Below, one piece after another: positions 42,729 to 52,472 of a stretch of DNA of 64,000 bases. The first letter of the stretch is position 1; each line of letters begins with the position of its first letter. Below the pieces are notes generated by a model, which was not told where the DNA came from, made no database searches, and saw nothing but the letters and a program-made list of their open reading frames with translations. Position numbers and translations under genes: made by a program. This DNA is from Patescibacteria group bacterium (lineage in GTDB: Bacteria > Patescibacteriota > Microgenomatia > Levybacterales > UBA12049), in the NCBI GenBank assembly GCA_038064195.1, contig JBBTTO010000003.1, forward strand, positions 178,428 to 242,427, given 5' to 3'.

Positions 42729-43865
42729 ATGGTGGATATACCTGTCGAGCCTATACCTATAGCCACACTCCCTCCTGACGATCCTAAGAAAAGATCACGA
42801 GTTATTTTGCTGTCTGTTGTTGTGGTTTTGCTTGGCATATTTTTACTGTTGTTCCGTTTTATCCCCTTACAACCTTCATCATCTCCCTCTCTTTTGAGTA
42901 AAACTGTTTCCTCTCCGACGCCTTTTCCTTTTGTGGAGATGACTATCCCATATCTGCGGGCGAGATCGTATACAAGTAGCTTGGGACAGAGAGAGCTTTA
43001 CTCACAAGGGAGTAGTTATACTTCATACTTGAGTAGTTATACCTCTGATGGTTTGAAGGTGAATGGTTTGTTAACCATACCAACTGGTAAGCCAGAGGAT
43101 TATGGTTGGCCCGCCAGCAACGCTTTGCGTAGCAATGCGGGCTGGCCGGCTATTGTCTTTATCCACGGCTACCTCTCGCCGACTCTTTACGTTACAACTG
43201 AACGCTACAACGACTATGTTGACTATTTGGCCCGGAACGGATTTGTCGTTTTTAAGATCGATCTGCGGGGTCATGGGGAGTCGGAAGGGCAAGCAGGGGG
43301 AGGGTATTTCGGCTCTGACTATGTCGTTGATGCACTTAACGCCAGAGCGGCTTTGCAGTCAGCGGATTTCGTCAATAAAGATAAAGTCGGTCTGTGGGGG
43401 CATAGTATGGCCGGCAATATCGTCATGAGATCTTTAGCCGTCAAGCCTGAGATCCCGGCAGCGGTGATCTGGGCGGGAGCAGTCTATTCATATACCGATC
43501 AGCGTAAATACGGGATCAATGATCAGAGTTACCGTCCGTCCGGGACTCCCACGCAACAAAATAGACGTCGAAGTGACCTCTTCCAAAAAGTCGGCAGTCC
43601 GAGCGCGACAAGTCCCTTCTGGCGTGAGGTGGCACCGACCAACTATCTAGCGGATCTCAAAGGTGCAATCGAGGTCCATCACGCACTGGATGATACTGTC
43701 GTCAATATCGGTTATAGCCGTGATCTTGTGACATTACTTGATCAAACAACCGTTCCGCATGAGTTTTATACCTATCCCTCAGGCGGGCACAACCTTGAGG
43801 GAGCGAGCTTTACACTCGCCATGCAACGGACAGTCGAGTTCTTCAAGAAATATCTTTCTCCATAA
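42729..43865 (+). CDS. Membrane-anchored alpha/beta-hydrolase (S9/dienelactone hydrolase-like)
   Basis: GHSMAGN nucleophile elbow. N-terminal TM helix. Confidence 0.6.
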   Translation: MVDIPVEPIPIATLPPDDPKKRSRVILLSVVVVLLGIFLLLFRFIPLQPSSSPSLLSKTVSSPTPFPFVEMTIPYLRARSYTSSLGQRELYSQGSSYTSYLSSYTSDGLKVNGLLTIPTGKPEDYGWPASNALRSNAGWPAIVFIHGYLSPTLYVTTERYNDYVDYLARNGFVVFKIDLRGHGESEGQAGGGYFGSDYVVDALNARAALQSADFVNKDKVGLWGHSMAGNIVMRSLAVKPEIPAAVIWAGAVYSYTDQRKYGINDQSYRPSGTPTQQNRRRSDLFQKVGSPSATSPFWREVAPTNYLADLKGAIEVHHALDDTVVNIGYSRDLVTLLDQTTVPHEFYTYPSGGHNLEGASFTLAMQRTVEFFKKYLSP

Positions 43866-43936
43866 AGATTTTTCCTTACCTGTCTCTTACGTCTTTGTGA
43901 TCTTTAGCAGATTACTTATTGGTACAATGCAGCTCT

Positions 43937-44065
43937 ATGGCAGAAGTTAAATATACCTGTACACCCTGCGGAACTGACTTCAATGATCTGGAGTCACTTA
44001 ACCAGCATCAGTCTACACAGCACGCGACCAAAACTGAAGTTACTGTTGAAGGTGAAAGAAAGTAA
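43937..44065 (+). CDS. 42-aa peptide with a canonical C2H2 zinc-finger spacing (C-x2-C-x12-H-x4-H)
   Basis: MAEVKYTCTPCGTDFNDLESLNQHQSTQHATKTEVTVEGERK. TGgTACAAT extended -10 lies about 12 nt upstream. Not in the ORF track because it is under 60 aa. Confidence 0.4.
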   Translation: MAEVKYTCTPCGTDFNDLESLNQHQSTQHATKTEVTVEGERK

Positions 44066-44278
44066 CTGACTACTGACAACTAATATCTAATTACATACTA
44101 TATCTCTTGACGCGCTCATCTATATGTGAGTAGAGTAATAGTAATGCCCGTTCACTTGGGCTTTGGTATAGCCCGCAGACAGATTAATGTTTCCGGCAGG
44201 GATTTCACTGTAACTCCTCATCGAGGAGGGGGACTCCTTTTTCTTCAAAATTTTTTCCGACGAAACATACATATTACA

Positions 44279-44349
44279 AAACGAAACCCGCTTTCGTTAA
44301 CCCCGATTGAATTGGGGTTAAAACTACGGCGGGCAAAGGAGGTGAGAAT
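44279..44349 (+). promoter_or_regulatory. Conserved 5' leader RNA motif, copy B, in front of the DUF378 gene
   Basis: aacgaaacccgct-[hairpin ccccgattgaattgggg]-acggcgggcaaaggagg. Same core as 18208-18259. Confidence 0.5.
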
Positions 44350-44544
44350 ATGAAATCATTATTTATGGTAGCTACATGGCTTCTTGTTGTTGGCGGGTTG
44401 CTTTGGGGATATATGGGCGTAACTAATACCGATCTCCTTACTAACACTGTTGGCACGGGAGTTGCTGATATAGTTGAAGTCTTAGTCGGACTTTCAGCTG
44501 TTTGGGTCGGATACGTCATGCTTACCGGTAAGAAAATGAAGTAA
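44350..44544 (+). CDS. DUF378-family small membrane protein
   Basis: LLVVGGLLWGYMGVTNTDLL matches the DUF378 LNWGLVG-type motif. 2 TM helices. Confidence 0.55.
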   Translation: MKSLFMVATWLLVVGGLLWGYMGVTNTDLLTNTVGTGVADIVEVLVGLSAVWVGYVMLTGKKMK

Positions 44545-44604
44545 GTCGTGAGCCTGAACTTATAGTTTCCTCCTGAATTCCGCTTCGCGGGATGAAGGCG
44601 GATG

Positions 44605-44637
44605 AAAATCCTGCTTCTTGTAAGCAGGATTTTTTAT
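44605..44637 (+). terminator. Rho-independent terminator (aaatcctgctt-cttgt-aagcaggattt + TTTTT)
   Basis: Read directly. Confidence 0.75.
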
Positions 44638-44695
44638 TTACTGATTACTGGTCTCTGTTTTTTTGTTATTAATATGTGTTAGGATAGGGCAGTCT

Positions 44696-45352
44696 ATGCC
44701 CGAAAGCCTCAAAATAACTGTTGTCCGTTCACGTAGACGCAGTTTGTCTCTTCACATTGAATCCGACGGTACTGTCGAGGTTAGAGCGCCATTTTTTGCC
44801 CTGCAGCGTCATATCGATCAGTTCGTCAGGGAACATCGAGACTGGATTGATAAACATGTCCATAAAATACACATCGCCACCTCTTTAAAAGCTGATAATG
44901 AATATCTTTTTTTGGGCCAACGTCTCAAAGTGACTCCGGGTAACTATACAGAGATCAGGGTTGAGGGAGAGCATCTTTTTTTTCCTCAGTCACTCCTTTT
45001 TCGTAAGGAGAAAGAGATTGATCAGTGGTACCAACGGGAAGCGCGCAGACTTATCACAGCGCAGGTAGAGAAGTATAGTCAACAGATGGGGACTGAGTAC
45101 CGAGGTCTCACTTTTTCAGACACGACCTCACAGTGGGGAAGATGCAGCCATGATAATAGACTCCAGTTCAGCTGGCGACTCATCATGGCGCCCGTGCTCG
45201 TCCTCAACTACGTAGTCATCCATGAGTTGGCACATACTATGGAAAAAAATCACTCCAGAGCTTTTTGGTCAAAAGTCCGGCAATTCACCCCGTCATACAG
45301 ACAGCAAATGAAGTGGCTGAAAGACCACGGTCGCACCCTGCATAATGTTTAA
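44696..45352 (+). CDS. YgjP-like (DUF45) M48-family zinc metallopeptidase
   Basis: HELAHTMEKNHS is an HExxH motif and the start MPESLKITVVRSRRRSL is typical of the family. Confidence 0.7.
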   Translation: MPESLKITVVRSRRRSLSLHIESDGTVEVRAPFFALQRHIDQFVREHRDWIDKHVHKIHIATSLKADNEYLFLGQRLKVTPGNYTEIRVEGEHLFFPQSLLFRKEKEIDQWYQREARRLITAQVEKYSQQMGTEYRGLTFSDTTSQWGRCSHDNRLQFSWRLIMAPVLVLNYVVIHELAHTMEKNHSRAFWSKVRQFTPSYRQQMKWLKDHGRTLHNV

Positions 45353-45539
45353 GTTTAAATCCTAAATTCGAAGCACGAAATTCTAAACAAATTCGAATTA
45401 CCAAATCCCAAAACTTTCAGACCTTTGGATTAAAATTTTGATATTATTTAGGATTTAGATATTGGGATTTAGGATTTTGTTTAAGACTATATCTCTTGCG
45501 GTGATAATTCAGGTCTTGATAGAATAATAATTCGTTCTT

Positions 45540-46724
45540 ATGTTACGTCAGAATCGCAATTTGCTCATCATCGCCCTCATCGCAGTCGTTAATATGCTTG
45601 GCTACGGCATCATCATCCCGATCCTTTTTGCCTATTCACTCAAATTCGGCTTGAATGCTTTCCAGAACGGGCTGCTTTTTGCCGTCTTTTCAATCTGTCA
45701 ATTTATCTCAACCCCGATCATCGGTAGGCTGTCTGACAAATACGGTCGTAGACCTCTTCTTTTGATTTCGATTGTCGGTACAGCTTTGTCTTTTTTTATG
45801 ATGGCTTTTGCACCGAGTGCGATTTTCCTTTTTCTGGCGCGGGGACTTGACGGTCTGACAGCCGGGAATATCCCGGTGGCGTTTGCTGTCATTTCAGACT
45901 CTACCAAAGTGGAAGAGCGTGCCAAAGCCTTTGGCCTCATCGGGGCAGCCTTTAGCTTCGGATTTGTTTTCGGGCCGGCAATCTCCGGCCTCACTGCTGG
46001 CTACAGTCTCGCAATTCCCTTTATCATTGCCGGTGTGATCACGGTGATCGCGGCTGTCCTCACCGCACTTTTTCTGCCTGAGACCAATCAGCATATGGGG
46101 GAAGTGAAGAAGGAAAAATTATTTGATCTTCCCAAACTTTGGCATACACTTTTTGATCCCAATGTCGGAGTGACATTTATCATCACCCTAATTTTTTTCC
46201 TCGCATTTGCCTGTGCGATTCTGTATGGCTTCCAGCCTTTCACCATGGAGATTCTCAAGATCAGTCCCGCGCAAAACGCGCTCCTGTTCACGCTTTTCGG
46301 TATTGTCGGACTCATCTCCCAAACTTTCCTGGTGCAATTTTTCACCAAGCGACTCGGTGCGAAAAAAGCCTTTTCTATCTCTATTCTTCTGACAGCTGTC
46401 TCATTTCTCATCATGTTTTTCTCCAAAACGCTAGGGATTTTCATTGCCGGATCTCTTATCCTGGGCCTTTTCAATAGTATCGTTCAGACTTTGATCCCGA
46501 CCATCCTCTCACAAGAGACCGATGCCAAATCTCAGGGCTCAATCATGGGACTGAATGCCTCATATCAAAGTATCGGGATGATTTTCGGGCCGATCTTAGG
46601 TGGAGTAGTGGCTACAATTTCAATTCCATCACCATTTCTCGTCGGAGCGATCTTAATAATGGTTTGTTACTGGCTTTCCTTTAAGGTCCTTAGACCAGGT
46701 GTTGCTAAAGAGTCCGCTTTTTAA
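45540..46724 (+). CDS. MFS transporter (drug/H+ antiporter-like)
   Basis: 12 TM helices and motif A GRLSDKYGRRPLL. Confidence 0.8.
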   Translation: MLRQNRNLLIIALIAVVNMLGYGIIIPILFAYSLKFGLNAFQNGLLFAVFSICQFISTPIIGRLSDKYGRRPLLLISIVGTALSFFMMAFAPSAIFLFLARGLDGLTAGNIPVAFAVISDSTKVEERAKAFGLIGAAFSFGFVFGPAISGLTAGYSLAIPFIIAGVITVIAAVLTALFLPETNQHMGEVKKEKLFDLPKLWHTLFDPNVGVTFIITLIFFLAFACAILYGFQPFTMEILKISPAQNALLFTLFGIVGLISQTFLVQFFTKRLGAKKAFSISILLTAVSFLIMFFSKTLGIFIAGSLILGLFNSIVQTLIPTILSQETDAKSQGSIMGLNASYQSIGMIFGPILGGVVATISIPSPFLVGAILIMVCYWLSFKVLRPGVAKESAF

Positions 46725-46725
46725 G

Positions 46726-47121
46726 CTATTTTCCTTCATGGAGAACTTCGGGGAGCTCACGATCTTTGGGAATAAACTTGATGGAGAGAGAGTTCACACA
46801 GTGTCTGGTATCTTTATCAGTCATATGTTCGCCCTTAAAGACATGACCTAAATGGCCACTACAGTTGGCACAAAGTATCTCAGTCCGTCTGCCGTCAGCA
46901 TCTGTTTTCCTGACGACTGCGCCTTCGAAATGGTCATCAAAAGCCGGCCAGCCACACTGAGCGTCAAATTTGGTCTTAGCAGAATAGAGAGGATTGTTAC
47001 ATCTGCGGCAGATATACGTCCCGTCTTTGTAAAAATTGTCATATTCACCGCTGAAAGGCGCTTCAGTCCCTTTGCCCATGATGACGTGTGATTCTTCAGT
47101 TGTGAGGTCGTTATATGCCAT
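46726..47121 (-). CDS. msrB: Peptide-methionine (R)-S-oxide reductase MsrB
   Basis: CGWPAF, two CxxC zinc pairs, HLGHVF. The -10 TGcTATACT lies 6 nt upstream of the ATG. Confidence 0.85.
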   Translation of the reverse strand: MAYNDLTTEESHVIMGKGTEAPFSGEYDNFYKDGTYICRRCNNPLYSAKTKFDAQCGWPAFDDHFEGAVVRKTDADGRRTEILCANCSGHLGHVFKGEHMTDKDTRHCVNSLSIKFIPKDRELPEVLHEGK

Positions 47122-47243
47122 GCTGAAAGTATAGCATTGTCAGTCGTCACTCGTATTCCCTCCATAGTTAAAGTTTTAGTAGTACCGTCTGTTGAGGCAA
47201 TCAAAAATCCATATTTCTATCATTGAATAAGCCTGTAATGTCA

Positions 47244-47263
47244 ACCCCGATCAGATCGGGGGT
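47244..47263 (-). terminator. Palindromic hairpin accccgat-cag-atcgggggt, related to the element at 41264
   Basis: Read directly. Flanked by gTCAA/gTCAA. Confidence 0.4.
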
Positions 47264-47290
47264 CAATGATAATATAAGTGATCTATCTGT

Positions 47291-47860
47291 TTATTGATTA
47301 ATCGGTTGGGGAGAGAGGCTCCAGAGGTCAACCTGGGTACTATCAGTGTCCTTGGCGCAAACGGTGATGGATTGTGTTGATTTGTTCATTAGATCCTGAA
47401 AGGTAACTGAGGCAGTCGGGGAGATATTATAGGTGGTGGTGAGTGTGGACTGTTCGGTGCTGCCGCTGCATTGAGGGCCGCTCTGGAAATGGATTTGAGA
47501 ATAGACTGTCTGACTCGGGGTGAGTAAAAAAGTAGCTTGACCCTTCTTTCCCATACGTTTTGTCGTCAAGTTGCGGGCAGATGACAGGACATTAACGAAA
47601 TTGCTCCCGATGATATCACATTTTCCGGTTGAAGTATTTTGTATTGAAAGTATGCCGTAGATATTTCCAGCTGCCCCCTCAAGTTCGATCAGTGCTTTAA
47701 GGTTTGCGGGCTGACAAAAAGAAGAATCTTCATGGGGGGTAGAAACTGCTTTAGAAGGTGTAGGAAGCCCACTTCGTATATGTAACTCAGGTCCGTAGAA
47801 GAGATATATACCGCCTCCCAGTAAGACAAGAGCCACAAGAGCGAAAACTGCCTTTTTCAT
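47291..47860 (-). CDS. Membrane-anchored secreted hypothetical protein
   Basis: 189 aa with an N-terminal TM helix. Confidence 0.45.
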   Translation of the reverse strand: MKKAVFALVALVLLGGGIYLFYGPELHIRSGLPTPSKAVSTPHEDSSFCQPANLKALIELEGAAGNIYGILSIQNTSTGKCDIIGSNFVNVLSSARNLTTKRMGKKGQATFLLTPSQTVYSQIHFQSGPQCSGSTEQSTLTTTYNISPTASVTFQDLMNKSTQSITVCAKDTDSTQVDLWSLSPQPINQ

Positions 47861-47902
47861 AAGGGTATTGTACTTCCAAAGTCTATAGAGTGCAAAGACC
47901 TT

Positions 47903-48853
47903 TTAAATGAAAAGTCCCTTTTTGAGTTCCGTCATTGAGAATTCAACTTCAAATGTCGTTCGATCACCGACGTTCACATACAGCGATAAGATATCGGGAT
48001 AATTTTTTTTGATTACACCCCCGCATGAATAGACTACCCGTCTGGTGTCCGGATGGAGCTCCTCGACTAGTGGCAATCCCGCCTCGTCCAAAAAGTCGTC
48101 CGGAGTGAGGATAGGCTCCTTTTTTACAATTACTTCAAAAGAATTGCCTTTTCGGATTAATTTCGCTCTGCCGATACTATAAACATACTTCTCTTTTCCT
48201 TTGATAGTGTGCAGTGATATCCCATGAATAATAAAAAGTGCTTCATTTGGTGTCAACCAGATAGGTGGCATAGTTGTTCCAATCCGCCACTTCGCCCAAG
48301 GAAGATCTGTGGGAAAGGAGATATCATCTATTTTTTCGGCAATTTGCGAATGAAGCGAAAAGACTAAGAGCTTGTGGTAGTATGCCTCTACTTCGGGGCG
48401 AAAGAGATAGGTATTTTTATCAATAGGAGTCAGGTTCTTGCCGGGTCCGAAAGAATCAACGACAAGAAAAGGGGGGAGCTCTTTTTTCCACGAACTATGA
48501 GAGTCAATTTTGACAATTGCCGGAAAAGGGATAGGATGTCCTTTCCTGTCGCGAAAAACAGCCGTGAGTCCGATAATAAGATTTTCATTTGCGAGTTCCA
48601 AAGCTCTGGGATCTTCCAGATTGATACCCTCATGAATAGGTTGCCATATAACTTTATCATGGAGTATCCTCCCGTCCTTCGCTACTTCGAAAAGTTTGAG
48701 AATACCGGTGTCAGGTTCTCCGTTATCTCCTGCATTGGTGACTTCACGACCGATGAAAAAGAGTGAATCTTCGCCTGCTTTTTGCCAAACTGCTACATTA
48801 AAACGAGCAAGAGTAATATTTGGGAAAATGTCTTTGATTTGATGAACTTTCAT
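47903..48853 (-). CDS. Hypothetical protein, possibly a beta-propeller glycosidase/phosphorylase-like protein (GH130/DUF377-like)
   Basis: 316 aa. The FIIHGIS segment and size are weakly reminiscent of GH130. Confidence 0.3.
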   Translation of the reverse strand: MKVHQIKDIFPNITLARFNVAVWQKAGEDSLFFIGREVTNAGDNGEPDTGILKLFEVAKDGRILHDKVIWQPIHEGINLEDPRALELANENLIIGLTAVFRDRKGHPIPFPAIVKIDSHSSWKKELPPFLVVDSFGPGKNLTPIDKNTYLFRPEVEAYYHKLLVFSLHSQIAEKIDDISFPTDLPWAKWRIGTTMPPIWLTPNEALFIIHGISLHTIKGKEKYVYSIGRAKLIRKGNSFEVIVKKEPILTPDDFLDEAGLPLVEELHPDTRRVVYSCGGVIKKNYPDILSLYVNVGDRTTFEVEFSMTELKKGLFI

Positions 48854-50859
48854 TAATTGAGATCGGTGACCATGTAACTTGCCATAAGATATGAGACGAG
48901 AGATTCCGCTCCCTGATTACGATTGACTCGATCAGGATGGAGTCCGTCATAACAGCCACCACTCTCCCTGTCATAAAGAGCTACTTTGAGACTGTTATTT
49001 CCTAAGAACCAACTGAAGCATTTTTTGGCTAAAGTCTTATATTCTTCATTACCAGTGTAGTGATATGTAGTTGTGAGTGCAAGGATCATTGAGGCCGGGT
49101 CCTCAGGCTGTTGATCATAATAACTGCGTTCACCATTGTTTTTGTACCAGGCTGCATGACCGATAGGCATGTACGTTGCTCCGAATGTTTGACTAATCAA
49201 AAATCTAAGTGATGCAAGGGCACTTTTTTCATAGGTTTTATTCTTCAACAAATCACCAGCAATCAGCAAACTCTCCGGAAGGAGTGCGTTACTATAGTTA
49301 AGATGATTTTCAAACCAATGCCAATCATCAATCGAGTTCTGAGCAAAGGCTGTCATTAAATCTTCAGCATAGGAGGCAATACGTTGTAGCAGTTCATCTT
49401 TTTTCTCATTCAGAAGAGGAACAACAAGAGCATATGCTTTGATAGCAAAAGCTTTGGAGCGAAGATGATGGAGTGGTTGATGTAATGAAAAGTATTTGCA
49501 AAACATCCTGCTTGCATCTGCACGAATATTTTCGCTAAGTTTTTTATTTGTCATAATTTCACTTAATGCCCACATTGCTCTCGTCTGGCAATCTTCGATA
49601 TCCTCTGTCTTATTTTGCTCTGTCGGTCTTTTTTCTTTAAAACTGAGGTAGTTCATAAATGAACCGTCAGTTTTTTGACATCTTTTGATAAAGGTAAGGT
49701 AGAGTTGAATAAGCCTCGCCACATCAGGAGTTGGGGAGCGTTGGTAAAGCCAGCTGCAAACAATAAGTGCCCGGGCATTATCATCGAGGGTGTAGCCGAA
49801 ATCTTTGTCGGGGATACTTAATTTGGCAAATTGGAATAAGCCTGTACCATCGGTCATGTTCACTAAATGATCCAGTTTAAGAACCGGGACAATCATCCGA
49901 CCAAGAAGGGAAAGATAATCTCCGGCCACCGTATTCCAAAGCATAGGGCGAGTTGTGGTGTACGCATTTTGATGCATTCTGACAAGTCTTTTCCTATCCC
50001 CAAGGAGATCAAGCAGAGCCGTGGTGATAGCTTGCGAACTCTTAATCGGGACTAATCGTCCATTTGCCTCAGTTACCAGTTCTTTTGCCTGAGTAAATTC
50101 GGTGCTGACGACTGCGCGGCCGGTCCCGAGGGCATAGGACAAAGTCCCACTGACTGATTGATTCGGGTTGGTTGAAGTAGAGATATAAATATCGGTGGCT
50201 TTTAAAAATTCAAAAAGATCCGGCAGGCCGAAATATTGATCATAGAAGCGGACATGCTCCTCTAAGCCAAGCTTGGTGATCAATTTAGCCAGTTCGATGC
50301 GGTATTTCTCGCCCTCCTGACGTCTAATGACAGGATGTGTCTCGCCCAGGATAAGATAAAGAGCTTGTGGGTATTTTTTGATGACCTCAGGTAATGCATG
50401 GAGAACATATTCGATCCCTTTCCCGCGACTGAGGAGTCCGAAGGTGCTGAAGACAAAATGATCTTCAAGTTCTAATTTTTCTTTGTATTTTTTTGAAGCC
50501 GAAAAACTGATAGGGTGAATACCATGCGGGATCATAAATACTTTACCTCGTGATGCAGGATAAAGGTTCTCGATGATCTTTTTTGAATTGCCAGTCAGGA
50601 CGACGACTGTTGAAGCCAGTTGAATAATCCTGTCGGTAACTGCCCACATTTTAGGACTCGGGACAGGGAGGACTGTATGGAGAGTTACAAGCATAGGTTT
50701 GGTACAGTTCTCCATAAATGAGAGGAGAATTTCACCTTCGCGACCACCGAATATGCCGTATTCATGTTGGATGATGACACCCGTGATGTCGTTGTCAGCA
50801 TTTATATCTGATGCCAGATCAAGATGATCTTTCTTACTATTTTGGTCGATTTCCCACAT
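48853..50859 (-). CDS. Two-domain enzyme: N-terminal GT4 glycosyltransferase fused to a C-terminal alpha/alpha-barrel glycoside-hydrolase-like domain (GH63/GDE-like)
   Basis: N-terminal half: GT-B fold with ...STSTNPNQSVSGTLSYALGTGRAVVSTEF (GT4 E-x7-E region). The approx 400-aa C-terminal half is helical and Trp/Tyr-rich, resembling an (alpha/alpha)6 toroid. Confidence 0.5.
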   Translation of the reverse strand: MWEIDQNSKKDHLDLASDINADNDITGVIIQHEYGIFGGREGEILLSFMENCTKPMLVTLHTVLPVPSPKMWAVTDRIIQLASTVVVLTGNSKKIIENLYPASRGKVFMIPHGIHPISFSASKKYKEKLELEDHFVFSTFGLLSRGKGIEYVLHALPEVIKKYPQALYLILGETHPVIRRQEGEKYRIELAKLITKLGLEEHVRFYDQYFGLPDLFEFLKATDIYISTSTNPNQSVSGTLSYALGTGRAVVSTEFTQAKELVTEANGRLVPIKSSQAITTALLDLLGDRKRLVRMHQNAYTTTRPMLWNTVAGDYLSLLGRMIVPVLKLDHLVNMTDGTGLFQFAKLSIPDKDFGYTLDDNARALIVCSWLYQRSPTPDVARLIQLYLTFIKRCQKTDGSFMNYLSFKEKRPTEQNKTEDIEDCQTRAMWALSEIMTNKKLSENIRADASRMFCKYFSLHQPLHHLRSKAFAIKAYALVVPLLNEKKDELLQRIASYAEDLMTAFAQNSIDDWHWFENHLNYSNALLPESLLIAGDLLKNKTYEKSALASLRFLISQTFGATYMPIGHAAWYKNNGERSYYDQQPEDPASMILALTTTYHYTGNEEYKTLAKKCFSWFLGNNSLKVALYDRESGGCYDGLHPDRVNRNQGAESLVSYLMASYMVTDLN

Positions 50860-51126
50860 GACTTCCGGTGGGTATTTATAGGTATCAAGGGGGGAGAGAT
50901 TGAGAGCTGCGACTTGGCATTCGACCAGGGGACCGAGGAAATTTTGACTGGATTTGAGTAAGTCCTGAGTAAAGGTGGCTATGCCGCATTCCCGTGGAGG
51001 ATAGGTACTGAGAAAAACAATGGTTGGTCGAGCTTCTGAGATAGTCTCTATTATACTCCTTTAGCCACAAAATAGCTTGCGCAACCTGTAAATACATGTC
51101 TTATAATATTCTTACACAGTTATTGT

Positions 51127-51504
51127 TTGCAATCTCTACAAGTAGTGTCTATGATAATGGCAATGGCAACACTCATTATTACTTTTTTAATAGGATTAAT
51201 TATTGCTTATTTTGCCACACAAAATACCGGGCCGGTGACACTTCATTTCTTTACTTATTCATTTCCCGGGATTCCTACCTATTTTGTTGTAGTGGGTGCT
51301 TTATTAGTAGGATTATTTCTATCCTGGATCATCAGCGCAGTAAATAATATTTCGACAGGTTTTGCCATGCGGGGGAAAGAGAGCAAAATTAAAGATTATA
51401 AAAAAGAGAATGCAGATCTGATGAAGAGAATTCATCAATTAGAACTCGAGAACACCAAGCTTATGGCTGAGACCGACTCTCCTCCTGATGACAAGTCTCT
51501 GTGA
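51127..51504 (+). CDS. LapA-like (DUF1049) inner-membrane protein with a C-terminal coiled coil
   Basis: Two TM helices (MAMATLIITFLIGLIIAYFATQN...). The likely start is an internal Met at about 51154. Confidence 0.5.
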   Translation: MQSLQVVSMIMAMATLIITFLIGLIIAYFATQNTGPVTLHFFTYSFPGIPTYFVVVGALLVGLFLSWIISAVNNISTGFAMRGKESKIKDYKKENADLMKRIHQLELENTKLMAETDSPPDDKSL

Positions 51505-51971
51505 AAAGTTTACTCGCTAAAATCTGGCGTCTTCTGGCTCTTCCCAAGGGTATTCAACTCTCCATCATGCGCATCTTTCAGGATCAATTCCTGATCGGTG
51601 TGACGGGAATTATCTACAATGACAAAAAAGAGATATTGCTTTTCAAACATACGTATCGTCAGACCCGATGGAGTCTGCCCGGGGGGTATATCAAGTCTAA
51701 AGAGCATCCTTTTGAGGCCTTAGAACGAGAAATTGAAGAAGAATCAGGACTTGTCGTTAGTAGTGAGGAGCAGCTCAAGATCAGGACAGATCGGGAGTCA
51801 TCCCGACTGGACGTAACAGTGATAGGTAAGTTTATCGGTGGGGAATTTACGCCGACACATGAAGTATCAGACTATGGATTTTTCACTTTTGAAAATCTCC
51901 CGCTTATTTCTCAAAAACAGCTCTTATTGATACAGTCTACACTTCGTGCATTGATGCCTGAAAATCGTTGA
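51501..51971 (+). CDS. NUDIX hydrolase
   Basis: Nudix box GGYIKSKEHPFEALEREIEEESGL. Confidence 0.8.
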   Translation: MKSLLAKIWRLLALPKGIQLSIMRIFQDQFLIGVTGIIYNDKKEILLFKHTYRQTRWSLPGGYIKSKEHPFEALEREIEEESGLVVSSEEQLKIRTDRESSRLDVTVIGKFIGGEFTPTHEVSDYGFFTFENLPLISQKQLLLIQSTLRALMPENR

Positions 51972-51995
51972 TATACCCCCTAAAACTCCGGTGAT

Positions 51996-52472
51996 TTGGA
52001 TCACAGCCATTATCAAGGAATAGATATATTCTCAGAAAGAATGAAGTATAAGACATACCTCGTACTCCTTGTCGATCGGGAACATGCACAAATATTCCTA
52101 CTGCTTAACGGCGCCGTTGGGCAGATGAAAGAACTTAAGGATGACTATGTACGCAAGACAGTCAAGCATGTGGGTGGTGTGAGGGACGCAAGGGATAAAG
52201 TATCTCGTCGTATTGAGTTGCAACTTACGAGACATTTAACCAACGCTGGGGAGCAGGCCGGTCTTTTTGCAGAGCAGAACGGAATTGATGCGTTAGTTAT
52301 CGGTACTCATAAGCCACTATTTGGGAAAATAAAAAAGAATCTCCCTGATTCATTGAGGAAAAAACTTATGATCGAATTCGTAACCGAACTCAAGGGACCA
52401 TTTGGTGATATTCTTAAAAAGGTGGAAAAAGAAATACGGAATTTTGAGGAGGTGAAAATAGATGAAAAATAA
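51996..52472 (+). CDS. Hypothetical protein
   Basis: 158-aa ORF. Alternative start MKYKTYLVLL at about 52044. Confidence 0.4.
   Translation: MDHSHYQGIDIFSERMKYKTYLVLLVDREHAQIFLLLNGAVGQMKELKDDYVRKTVKHVGGVRDARDKVSRRIELQLTRHLTNAGEQAGLFAEQNGIDALVIGTHKPLFGKIKKNLPDSLRKKLMIEFVTELKGPFGDILKKVEKEIRNFEEVKIDEK

Noticed and set aside
44126-44353. 75-aa ORF spanning the DUF378 leader
   Set aside because: The nucleotide motif it covers is conserved with the non-coding leader of the cupredoxin gene. The translation is Arg-rich and not protein-like. It is better explained as structured 5' UTR.
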